This document shows positions 9,929 to 19,900 of a stretch of DNA of 64,000 nucleotides, piece after piece (position 1 is the first letter of the stretch; the number at the start of each line of letters is the position of its first letter). A program made the translations under genes and the position numbers. The notes under the pieces were generated by a model. It did no database searches. It was not told the origin of the DNA and saw only the letters and a list, made by a program, of their open reading frames with translations. The stretch comes from an uncultured delta proteobacterium (GTDB taxonomy: Bacteria > Desulfobacterota > Desulfobacteria > Desulfobacterales > B30-G6): positions 128,001-192,000 of the forward strand of contig CAWGLD010000003.1 of NCBI GenBank assembly GCA_963823335.1, read 5' to 3'.

Positions 9929-11570
9929 ATGCTGATAGCGGTCATCCCAAAAGTGAAATCTTTTTTGGTCGTGATGGGTGTATTCTCCTCAATTGTGTTT
10001 CTCCTTTCTCCCGCATCGATTGTTGCACTAGAAGCACCAACGCCTGCCATCGATCCGGACGAAGACATCGAAGCGGAATTGAAATACCTGCAGGAAGAGA
10101 CCTATGTCATCACGGGCTCCCGGATTCCGCAGCAGATCGAAAAGACAGCCCATTCGGTCTTTGTCGGTAAACGAAAAAGAGATTCTGCAAATGGGTGCGC
10201 GATTTCTCGTTGATGTAATCCCCATCGTACCGGGTTGGCATCTTTTTACGAATTATGGGAAATTGGATATGATTCTCGTCCGTGGTGCTGGTCTGAGTTG
10301 GGGTTCGGATGTTCTTGTCATGATAAACAGCGCGTATTTCCGTGAAGCCGGAGCTGCGTACCGTCTGATCTCCCTTGACAATGTCAAGCGAATCGAATTT
10401 GTCTCGGGCCCGGCATCTGCCAGTTATGGCTCCAATGCTACCAGCGGTGTCATCAATATCATCACCAAAGAGGCGGATGATGTGGATGGCTTGGAAGTGA
10501 GTGTTCGCAGCGGCAGTTATGATACGCGCCAGACCAACATTCTGCTTGGCAAGTCCATCAATGATCTGGAGGTCACAGCCAATTTCAACTACTTCGAGAC
10601 GGGCGGTTACGACGGCCGTATTAAAGAAGATGCCCAGACACCTTTGGACGCGCATCCGGTACGGATGCGTCATTGGCCCCTGGCAAAATAAAAGGAGATG
10701 CCGATAGATATGATGTCCAAATGGCCTTAGCGTACAAAGATCTCAAATTTGAAGGAAAATATTACAATCACCAATACGAGTACCCGCTGGCTAATCCGCG
10801 CAATATACTGGATGATAAATCTGAAATTGAGTGGAATAATTATTATTTGAATTTCGTCTACGACACAACCTTGTGGGAAGGGTTTGATTTTCTGACAACG
10901 CTTACTAGAAAACACTCTGAATTCGACGAATTGTCTCAAATTTACCCTGAACGTTCAGCAATTGGTACACCTGCAGGAGGTGTAATCCTATCAGAGCCCT
11001 TATATAGTGGGTGGACGGGAAAATGGGATATTACGATAGTTGAATCCCAGGCCACGATCGAACACACCGCTACCAATACGTTTGTTGCCGGGGTTTTCTA
11101 TAGTAAGGTCAAAAATGCAGACTGGAACAATGAGGGAAATTATATACCAACAGACAACCCATTGATAGTGATACCGATTTCATCGTTTCAGGATTTCCCC
11201 GATGAATATAATTGGGAGGATTCATGGGACATGACCACAAAGGCATTTTTTTTCGAAGATGTTTGGGACGTTCAAAAAAACCTGCGAATCAATCTGGGTG
11301 TTCGATACGACAAATCTAGCGACTTTGGTGATGAATACAGTCCCTTCGCAGGGCTGAACTGGCAGTTTGCGGAACATTATTATGTAAAAATGAACTACGG
11401 CCACGCATTCCGTGCGCCAATATATACGGAGCTCTACCATCCTGTAATTGGTAACGATGATCTCGATCCTGAGATAGAGGATTCCTATGAATTGGGAAAA
11501 TGGTGGACTACCCGACGACTTCCCCATGCCTGGCAGGAACTATATGTTTGAATTGCGGTATCATTATTAG
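9929..11570 (+). pseudogene. TonB-dependent receptor 2, frameshifted with internal deletion
   Basis: Paralog of receptor 1: EAELKYLQEETYVITGSR, IEFVSGPASASYG, GVINIITK, AFRAP, PEIEDSYELG, then in another frame DDFPMPGRNYMFELRYHY*. Confidence 0.85.
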
Positions 11571-11571
11571 G

Positions 11572-11615
11572 AATAGAATCTTTGGAGAAATTTTATAATA
11601 CGCGACGGTGTCGCT
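11572..11615 (-). repeat. Two-hairpin dispersed motif, copy 2
   Basis: Reverse complement reads AGCGACACCGTCGCGTATTATAAAATTTCTCCAAAGATTCTAT. Confidence 0.65.
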
Positions 11616-11634
11616 TTAACAAAGAAACCTTCAG

Positions 11635-13714
11635 ATGAAAGATCTACAAAGCATAGAAACAGATTCGAGCACTGTGCGTTGGAGCATCAAGTGGAAGCTC
11701 ATGACGCTTATTACCACCCTGGTGCTCAGCCTCGTGACAATTCTATCCTATGCCCAGATTTCCTCTCAAAAAAGAACCCTGGAAAAAGAACTGGAAAATC
11801 GGGTTGCGCTCATGAAAGCAAACCTTATCGAGCGCGGGAAGGGTTTTGCTATCAGCCTTTCTCAACAGGTTGAAAACGATCTTGCCGGCATGAACCTTTC
11901 GGGTGTCATGGAAGCGATCCTTCAGAGTACGGAAGAAAACAATGAGATCAAATATGCCATTCTGATGGAGTCTAATGGAGAGGTTTTTCTCCATACAACC
12001 AGAAACGAACTGATTAAAACCAAGCTGACCGGGAAAAACGATCTGTGGGCCATCCATCAGAGAACAATCGCGGTAAGCTCTTATAAAGACGACAATCAAG
12101 AGGTCATCGAAATCGTCAATCCCTTGCAGATCAGTACCGAACCCTGGGGTATCCTTCGAATCATTTATACACTGAATATTTTGGAATCCGAAATAATACG
12201 ATCACGGAAACAGATTCAAAATGAAATCAAGCAAGATGATCTATCGATCCATCCTGATGTCTATGGGATTTCTTGCCGTATGTCTTGTGATTGTATTTTT
12301 CCTTTCCACAAGGGTGTCGAAGCCTCTTATCAGGCTCACGGAATCGGCCAGAAAGCTCTCAAAGGGCGATTTCTCCGTGTCATCGGATATCCTGATCCAG
12401 TCGAAAGACGAAGTGGGGGTGCTGGGCAAAAGCTTTTTCAAGATGAGCAAGGATTTGGAGAGTTCATACAAAAGCCTGGAAGAATACAGCAACAGGTATC
12501 GCGCCTTGTTCGAGTATTCTCCTGCTTCTCTGTGGGAGGAAGATTTTTCAGAGGTCAAGACTTATCTGGATGGGCTGCAGATGAAGGATATTCATGGCTT
12601 CAGAAAATATTTTGGAGAACATCCGGAAGCGCTTCGTCAGTGTACGAGTTTGATAAAAATCCTGGATGTAAATGAGTCAACACTGGAGCTCTATGGCGCG
12701 GAGAGCAAGGATGTGTTCATGCAAAATATAGACAAGATTCTGGCTGAAAAATCCCACGAGATTTTTGAAGAACAGGTTTTGAGCATGGCTGAAGGAAAGC
12801 CGTTTGAAATTCAATGTATCAACAAGACCCTGACAGGCAAGGAACTGAATGTTGCCATGAAAGCCTCCATACCCCCGGGGTATGAAGAGACCTGGTCGAA
12901 GGTGCTTGTTTCCGTAAATGACCTGTCAGAGCGGGCGCGGGCCGAGTTTCTCAAAGATATGTTTGGCCGATATCTTTCCGAGGAAGTCACCAGTACGCTT
13001 CTTGAAAATCCGGACATGGTGAAGCTTGGGGGTGAAAAACGGCGTGTCACCATTATGATGTCGGACCTGCGGGGATTCACAGCGCTCGCGGAACGTCTTG
13101 AACCGGAGCAGGTCGTGCAGATCCTGAATGCCTATTTTGAAGTCATGGTGGATGTGCTGCTGAAATACAATGCCACCATCAACGAAATCATCGGCGATGC
13201 GCTCCTGGTTCTATTTGGTGCTCCCCAGGAAATGCCTGACCGGGCAGAACGTGCCATTGCCTGTGCGATTGAAATGCAGAACGCCATGGCAAGGGTCAAT
13301 GAACACAACAGGTCGCAGGGATTGCCTGAAATAGAGATGGGAATCGGCCTCAATGATGAGGAAGTGATAGTCGGCAATATCGGATCCAGCAAAAGAAGTA
13401 AATACGGTGTTGTCGGAAGCGGCGTGAACATGACCAGCCGAATAGAATCTTACAGCGTTGGTGGACAGATTTTGATATCCGATTCGGTAAGGAAAGAGGC
13501 GGGTGACATCTTTACCGGGCGGCTGTACCCGAACCGCAATAGCGAGCGCATTCCCCGTAGGTTCCGCCGTTCGGCAGTGCTTCGCATACTGCGGGGTTCT
13601 TCAATATTTTTTCATTCAATATTGGACGTTCGATGTTCGATGTTGGACGTTCATTTATTATCATCAAGTATCCAAGAAGATGAGCGCACAAGCATCATCA
13701 TCCCCACCGTCTGA
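11635..13714 (+). pseudogene. Membrane sensor-HAMP-PAS class III nucleotide cyclase (guanylyl-cyclase-like); frameshift near 12230, C-terminus replaced after about 13510
   Basis: TM1-periplasmic domain (ORF 11635) continues in ORF 12221 as TM2, HAMP (KPLIRL..DEVGVL), PAS, MSDLRGFT, NEIIGDA, KYGVVGSGVNMTSRIES. Confidence 0.85.
13531..13605 (+). mobile_element. GAACCGCAA...GGTTCTTCAAT palindromic element (short copy)
   Basis: Near-identical to the 5' part of the 28311 copy and has the same GGTTCTTCAAT end. Confidence 0.8.
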
Positions 13715-15282
13715 AGTCCCGACAGCAGCACAAAATAGAAAATCCAGGCCGGCACCCCCAGAAACATCGGCGCAGCACGATTCCAGGCCCAGAAATCCAT
13801 TCCCAGGATGAAGATTCCCATGAATATATATACGTAGCGATTGGAAATCCATGCGGGGATAGACACGACCAGACGCCCTTCCTGCTGCATCTTCACGGTA
13901 TGGACCGCCATGTACACGGCAAAGGTTGCCAGCATGACCCATACAACGGGCAGTACAGCGCCCCCCGTCAACACCTTGAAATAGAAAAGCAGCATGACAC
14001 CTTCACCGACCAGAATCGACAGGATGGCTGCCGCTGAATAGACCCGTTTGAGGTACAATCCGAACAGGACCGTCGGAAACAGGACCGCCAATCCTGTAAA
14101 AGTCTGGGTGGCGATCTGCAGAATGGTCGCCGGTGGTTTCAGGGCCAGCAGTAATCCGGCAATACTCAAAAATATCACAAACACACGTCCGCTGATACTG
14201 GTCTGGGTTTTGGGCCTACCCATCAAAGGAAGAATATCCCGGCTGAAGATGGAGCTCATGGTCAACAGCTGAGAGTCCATGGTGGACATCAGGGCGGCCA
14301 GACCGGCAGCCAACACGAGGGCGGCCATGAAATCACCTGAAATCAGGGTCAGCATCATGGGCAGGATACGGTCCGCCTCTTTGGCGGCCAGGTCTGGAAA
14401 CGACAGGTGACCCATGACCCCCACCGAGATGGGCAGAAAGAATACCAGGGTGCAGATAAACGGGTAAAAGAGCATGGTTCTGGCGATGACATTCGGATTT
14501 TTTGCGGTGAAGAAGCGCTGAAAAAGCTGCGGGAACATGGGATCGCAGAAAAACCACAGCATGATATAGCTGAACCAGATGCCATAGGTGTATTTTCCGG
14601 TAATGCCCGGTCGCGAGAACAATTCCGGGCTTGAAGAGAATAGTTTCTGATGTGCTTCCACAAAGCCACCGTGGTGGTTGGCGACAATTATCAGTGAAGC
14701 CAGAAGCAGCAAAAACATGACCAGCCCCTGAAACATGTCGGTCCAGGCAACGGCTCGGAGCCCGCCCCGAAGCGTGTAGAGAACGATAATGACCGTTACC
14801 AGAAGACAGCCATAGACATAGGGCAGACCGATGAGCGCTTCCAGGGCATACCCGGCGGCCATGGGTTGTAATGCCAGGTAGGGTATGGTGAAGACGATCA
14901 TGACCGATGCAAAAATAAACGAGAGGGTGGGGCTGTGGTATAGTGTCAGGACGAGTTCCGGTGGTGTGACAATGCCGTGATTTTTGCCCAGTTCCCAGAT
15001 TTTTCTGCCAAGGATCCAGAAGGTCAGGGCCATGAAGCCCGTCCCGAAACCCATGATGGGGAAAAAAGCGTACCCGTCCCGGTAACCGGCGCCGGATGTT
15101 CCAAACACGGTAAAGGCCGAGAAATTGGTTGCCACCATGGTGCCCAGAAGAATCAGTGTGCCGAACTGACGATCGGCTAAGAAATAGGTTTCCGGGGGCG
15201 ATTTGAGCTTTGTCCTTGCAATGAAGCCGATACAAAGAATTATCAGAAAGTAAGCCACGAGTACGGAAATTTTGACGACCAT
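13651..15282 (-). CDS. Sodium:solute symporter (SSS family) with a C-terminal extension resembling DUF3311
   Basis: YFLADR, ATNFSAFT, GGLRAVAWTD, AALMSTMDSQLL; extra C-terminal TM pair DFWAW..PMFLGVPAWIFY. Confidence 0.9.
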   Translation of the reverse strand: MVVKISVLVAYFLIILCIGFIARTKLKSPPETYFLADRQFGTLILLGTMVATNFSAFTVFGTSGAGYRDGYAFFPIMGFGTGFMALTFWILGRKIWELGKNHGIVTPPELVLTLYHSPTLSFIFASVMIVFTIPYLALQPMAAGYALEALIGLPYVYGCLLVTVIIVLYTLRGGLRAVAWTDMFQGLVMFLLLLASLIIVANHHGGFVEAHQKLFSSSPELFSRPGITGKYTYGIWFSYIMLWFFCDPMFPQLFQRFFTAKNPNVIARTMLFYPFICTLVFFLPISVGVMGHLSFPDLAAKEADRILPMMLTLISGDFMAALVLAAGLAALMSTMDSQLLTMSSIFSRDILPLMGRPKTQTSISGRVFVIFLSIAGLLLALKPPATILQIATQTFTGLAVLFPTVLFGLYLKRVYSAAAILSILVGEGVMLLFYFKVLTGGAVLPVVWVMLATFAVYMAVHTVKMQQEGRLVVSIPAWISNRYVYIFMGIFILGMDFWAWNRAAPMFLGVPAWIFYFVLLSGLQTVGMMMLVRSSSWILDDNK

Positions 15283-15318
15283 GAATACACCTTTTTTGTT
15301 CAGAAAAGAAAAAGATCT

Positions 15319-15423
15319 TTTATACCGCTTGTCATAATAATGTTCCGAAAATAGGATGGCGGCAAAAGGGGTTGTAGCAGAAAAAAGGTCCTCAATCGGA
15401 ACGTTTTTCTGACAACCCCTATA
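15319..15423. mobile_element. 105-bp MITE, copy 1
   Basis: Two mismatches versus 55807-55911; ends TATACCGCTTGTCA / TGACAACCCCTATA; internal hairpin. Confidence 0.8.
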
Positions 15424-15573
15424 TCACGAAATCACGAAAGGTCGAAACCACGAAAATGACCATGAACCGCAAATCCAATCGAGATTCATGTAATCGATAT
15501 TCGATTTTATAGCCCGCTTTGATGGGGCGTCTTGAGCCCACCCATCGCACGGATATCTATTGGTTTGTCCCAT

Positions 15574-15608
15574 AAAAAAACCACCCCGGACAAAGGCCGG
15601 GATGGTTT
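15574..15608 (-). terminator. Rho-independent terminator downstream of the 72-aa gene
   Basis: Minus strand AAACCATCCCGG-loop-CCGGGGTGGTTTTTTT. Confidence 0.65.
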
Positions 15609-15705
15609 GGTAGAACCTGACATAACCTATGATAAGAACGCTATATTATGGACGAATTACCGCTCGGGCTGATTTATGTCAAGATAAATCAGCGTCAATA
15701 TGTTT

Positions 15706-15924
15706 CTATCGGTAATTCTCAGCGGTTTTTACGAAACTTTCAAAATCCTTTTCAAGCAGAAAGCGTGAAATCATTTCGCTGACCTTGTCCGCCGTGTCAA
15801 CCGTGTAATGCCCCTTTTCATTTCTGCCTGAAAGCTGTTTGGCGTTCTCGACGATGGCTTTCAAAGAAGCGGTGGTCATCTCGACGACCACATTGACGGT
15901 GATTGTATCCTCAGACTGGGGCAT
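15706..15924 (-). CDS. Small hypothetical protein (72 aa)
   Basis: Good SD (AAGGAG) upstream, protein-like composition, downstream hairpin and terminator. Confidence 0.75.
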   Translation of the reverse strand: MPQSEDTITVNVVVEMTTASLKAIVENAKQLSGRNEKGHYTVDTADKVSEMISRFLLEKDFESFVKTAENYR

Positions 15925-15984
15925 GCTGGGGTCTCCTTGGATTCTGGTATTGACACGAATTGTGGCTGTGTCAAAATTAACATA

Positions 15985-16152
15985 GAAGCCATCTCAAAAA
16001 TAGGATTTTGGTTCCCCGCAAAAAGAGCGGGATCTTCGTCAAAGTCAAGGCGGATCCAAGTTTCAACCCGCAGGCATACTCAAGTATGTTGAGGACTTGA
16101 AACGAGGGTCCAACGCAGAAATTGGGCCAAAGGACATTTTTGAGATAGCTTC
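15985..16152. mobile_element. MITE with 17-bp terminal inverted repeats (CAAGGCG...CAACGCAG core family)
   Basis: GAAGCCATCTCAAAAAT ... ATTTTTGAGATAGCTTC; core resembles 39488-39631. Confidence 0.8.
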
Positions 16153-16230
16153 AAATACGCTTTCTCGTACATCGTAGTTTACAGAAGATCAAGTGAGAAT
16201 CGAACCGTCAGGATATAAGGGCCTGGAAAA

Positions 16231-16872
16231 ATGACCGACTATCAGCACGAACAGATGGAAGCTCTGGAACTGGTAACTGGATACCTGTCAGGATTAAAGA
16301 CGGCGGACATGGATGTACTGAAGCAGAAACTGGCAGACTACCTGTGCTTTCGAAGGGATGTAGATGTTTTTTTGTCCACCCATTTCGGTGATATCTGCAA
16401 GGAAACCTGTTATCAAAGCAAGCTGAGCGCCTGTTGTACCCGGGAGGGTATCATTACCTTTTTTGCCGATGTGGTTGTCAATGTGATCATGTCCGATGAA
16501 ACAAACATACAGGACCTGTTCTCTGTCCTGCGTTCACCCCAGGAAGGATCCAAATGTATCTATCTGGGAGAGCGAGGATGCTTGTGGGCGGTGAAACCAC
16601 TGGTCTGTGAAATGTTTCTCTGCAAAAAGGCCGAAGATGAAGTGCTGAAAACTGACCAGGATCTCCTGAACGAATGGCAATCGTTGAAGGATCGCGAAAA
16701 GACTTTCCGGTGGCCGGACCAGAGGGTTCTCTTCGATGAACTGGAGCAGTTGTTTCTGGATGCCGGGCATACGTCTTCGCTGATGTATCTGCACAACAGC
16801 CCAGGATTGTTGAGGGTTAAGAGAGAAGGGTTGGAGGGTGAGCTGACGCAGGGTTCGAGGGTCCGAGGGTGA
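16231..16872 (+). CDS. Cysteine-cluster protein (YkgJ/CxxCxxCC-like)
   Basis: C-x3-C-x7-CC ... CIYL...GC...KPLVCEMFLC. Confidence 0.6.
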   Translation: MTDYQHEQMEALELVTGYLSGLKTADMDVLKQKLADYLCFRRDVDVFLSTHFGDICKETCYQSKLSACCTREGIITFFADVVVNVIMSDETNIQDLFSVLRSPQEGSKCIYLGERGCLWAVKPLVCEMFLCKKAEDEVLKTDQDLLNEWQSLKDREKTFRWPDQRVLFDELEQLFLDAGHTSSLMYLHNSPGLLRVKREGLEGELTQGSRVRG

Positions 16873-16998
16873 TACAAGGGTTGGAGGGTGATACAAGGGT
16901 TGGAGGGTGATACAAGGGTCCGAGGGTGATATAAGGGTTGGAGGGTGGCCGACAGCCTATCCCCTCCGACCCTTCAAACCTCCACCCCTCCAACCCTT
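16828..16998. repeat. G-rich 19-bp tandem (GGGTTGGAGGGTGATACAA) followed by a C-rich inverted arm, between convergent genes
   Basis: Directly visible; reverse complement matches part of the 104-bp unit. Confidence 0.85.
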
Positions 16999-16999
16999 T

Positions 17000-19900
17000 C
17001 TAGGCCAGATGCGGCTTGAAGGCTCTGTACAAAGATACATCCATGATGGCCTCGTAGCCCTTCAGTTCTGCCACCACGCGGCTTTCAGCATCGATCAATG
17101 TAAAATCACCTGTCATCTTGTGATCCGTAAGGTCCGTGACACGCAGCTCGGCCATCACCCCGTCCGGGGGAAATGCCGTGCAATATTGCCGGTAATGCCT
17201 GCAGTAGCTTGGCAATGAAACCGTACCGGTTTCTTCATAGCACCAGAGCGTCGCGAGTTGAAAGGCACAATCCAGGGCAAGGGGATCGCTGAGCCAGGTG
17301 CTCCTCAGGGGCTCCTTGACCCAGGTTTCCGGCGCCGGCGCCGAGGATATCTTTGCAGATATGCCCCAGGATGAGCAGTCTGTGATTTCCTTGATTCCCC
17401 GCAAAGCCAGACCGTGAAACAGGATTTTGTCATAAACTTCTTCCATGCTGCGGGCATATACCTTGGTGGGCTTTAAGCGGGTCGACTCAAATATGGGCGC
17501 AGCGGGAAGCGTGTCTGTCAATATGGCTTTTGCCCTCGAGTGAATGACGTCCTTTCCCTCGAGAACACCGTCCCGCAATTCGACACCGACTTCGAAGAGA
17601 GAGCCCTTGCGGTCGGCTTTTCCGGCAAAGAGACGGATCAGTTTTTTCTGTTGTTCGAGTTTAATGCCCTTCAGTATTCGCATGTCATCGATCCCGTGCA
17701 GCAACAGCCCGGGGTTGCCGTGCAGGGCGCCATGTCCAAACCATTCCGTTATGAGGGCAAAGGGAACAACCGGCTTGCCATCCAGTATGTGCGCATCCAG
17801 AATCGGATGGTTGGTGGTATCGATTTCGCGTTTGAAGGACAGTGACATCGGTGGCGACGGATCCTGCCGGTCTGGTGGCTGGTCATCCATTTTCAGGGTT
17901 TTGGTGATGACCTGGTCGGGCAGTGCCGAGCCCACAACGACTTCAACCGGATGTATGCCTGCCTGGCTCATCTCGAGCAGCATGCAGCGGGCACCGGCTT
18001 CCACTGGAATCAGCGCGATCCCGCTTTTCCGAAATTCTCGTTTCAGACCCGGTGTAACCATGCCGCCATCCCAGGGGCCCCAGTTGACGGCGATGACCCG
18101 ACAGTCTTTCCGTTGTCGAACTTCCCTGCGACAGATCTTGTTCAGGGCTTCATTGGCCATGGCATAGTCCGCCTGGCCTTTGTTGCCGAAACGTGCCGCT
18201 ACAGAAGAGAATACAACGATATATTTCAGTGGATCCGATGCGGCAGCGTCCATGAGGGCCCGAAATCCAACGACCTTCGTTTTGTATACCCGCTTGAACT
18301 GCTCCAGGGTTTTGTCTTGGATGAGACGATCCTCGATAACACCCGCGCCGTGTATGATGGCGCGGATGGGACCTAGTGATTCTCGGACACGTTGAAACAG
18401 GGGCGTTACAATGTCGGCATCTCTGATATCAGCACTTTCGTATTGGACCGTGGATCCTGTTGCAGTGAGTTTTTGAAGCGTCGCCGCAACCTCTCTGCTT
18501 CCCATGTGTCGTCTGTATGACATTTCAATGTCTTTCGGAGAAGCACCATTGTTGTTGAACTCGTTGGCAAGAATCGCCTTTTTAATTTCCGATTCTTTTT
18601 CAAGTCCATCCAGCCATACCGGCTCCGGGGCAGGCATGGGAGATCTTCCCAGGAGAACGAACGACAAGGGTACCTGTTCGGCAAGTGCAATGGCTGCCGC
18701 GGCGGTCACGCCCCTGGCACCACCGGTGACAACTACCACATCGCCAGGGTCAAACACCAACTCGATGTTGACATCCTTATCGTAGGGAAACGGCGTAAGT
18801 TCCAGGGTATAGCGGTTTTCACCGTCGAGCCCGACCTCGACACTGTCACGGGTTTGTTTTCCAAGAACTTCCGCAGTGATTCTCTGCGCGATTTCCGTTA
18901 CATCCATCCAGGCGGGATCGAGATCCAGTGCTCTACAGACGACACCGTCCCATTCAATGGCGGCTGTCTTTACCAATGCGGCCAAACCACCGGATACAGG
19001 ATTTTCAAGATCTTTGTCTCTGAAACCGAAGGCACCGTCGAGCCGTGTGATGGCAGCAAACAGGGTCAAGCCCGTCTGGGCATTGCGGGTCAGAGACGGC
19101 CCAAAAAAATGGGCCAGTTGAAATGCAGTCTCAAGGTATGTGTCGTCTGCACGGTCATCAGCATCATGAGAACCCTCAAGAATGATCAGTCCTCCAGCAT
19201 TGGAGATGTCCGATGAACCGTTCAGAATATCGTCAATTTCCGATAGCGGTCTATGGGATGCTTGAATGCCATGGGCCGTAAACGTGTCAACGAGGGCTTG
19301 CCCGAGATGTGACGAATCACCGATAATGTATACGTGCCTGTCAGCCGGTATCGTTTCAAGTGTGACTCGGGACAGCGGTCTGTTTTTAATGGTCACCCTG
19401 TGTCGTTCAATGTCGGAAAATGATGAAACCCCATAGTCGGGTGAGGAAGGTTTTTCAAATGTTTCTGCTGATTGAACAGGCCTGGGAGGGCGTGCTGTCT
19501 CCTGCGTGGCCATATCGGTTTTTTCTGCGCCTGACGTCAGATACGTGCATATCTGTCCCAGGGTTTTCAAACTGCCCATGATGTCAGGCGTCACCTGGGG
19601 GAGTCCCGGAAGTCGATCTTCAAGGGTGGAAAGTATTTCGACCCTCTTGATGGAGTCAATACCCAGATCCGCCTCGATATCCATGTCCAGTCCCAGCATG
19701 TCCGTTGGATAGCCAGTCAATTCGCTGACGATTTGGATCATTGTTCTTCGGACATTGTCGGTATTTTCGTCTGATGGTTGCTCTATCTGTCCCGGATCTT
19801 GTGAGCTTTCGGGCGTGTGGGTATTTCCCACAGGGTGTGCTTCAGAGGTGCCGCCCAGGGCGTCCACGATTTGTGCCAGGGTTTTGAGACTGCCCATGAT

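Noticed and set aside
14333-15235. Long alternative-frame ORFs (also 46349-47200 and many inside pfaA/recB)
   Set aside because: They overlap well-supported genes and show no recognisable motifs.
15319-15423. Riboswitch for the symporter
   Set aside because: A near-identical copy lies in an unrelated context inside another repeat, which fits a mobile element better.
15667-15692. Transcription-factor operator GCTGATTTAT-N6-ATAAATCAGC
   Set aside because: It lies just downstream of the 72-aa gene stop and is single-copy; a 3' hairpin is as likely, so it was not called.
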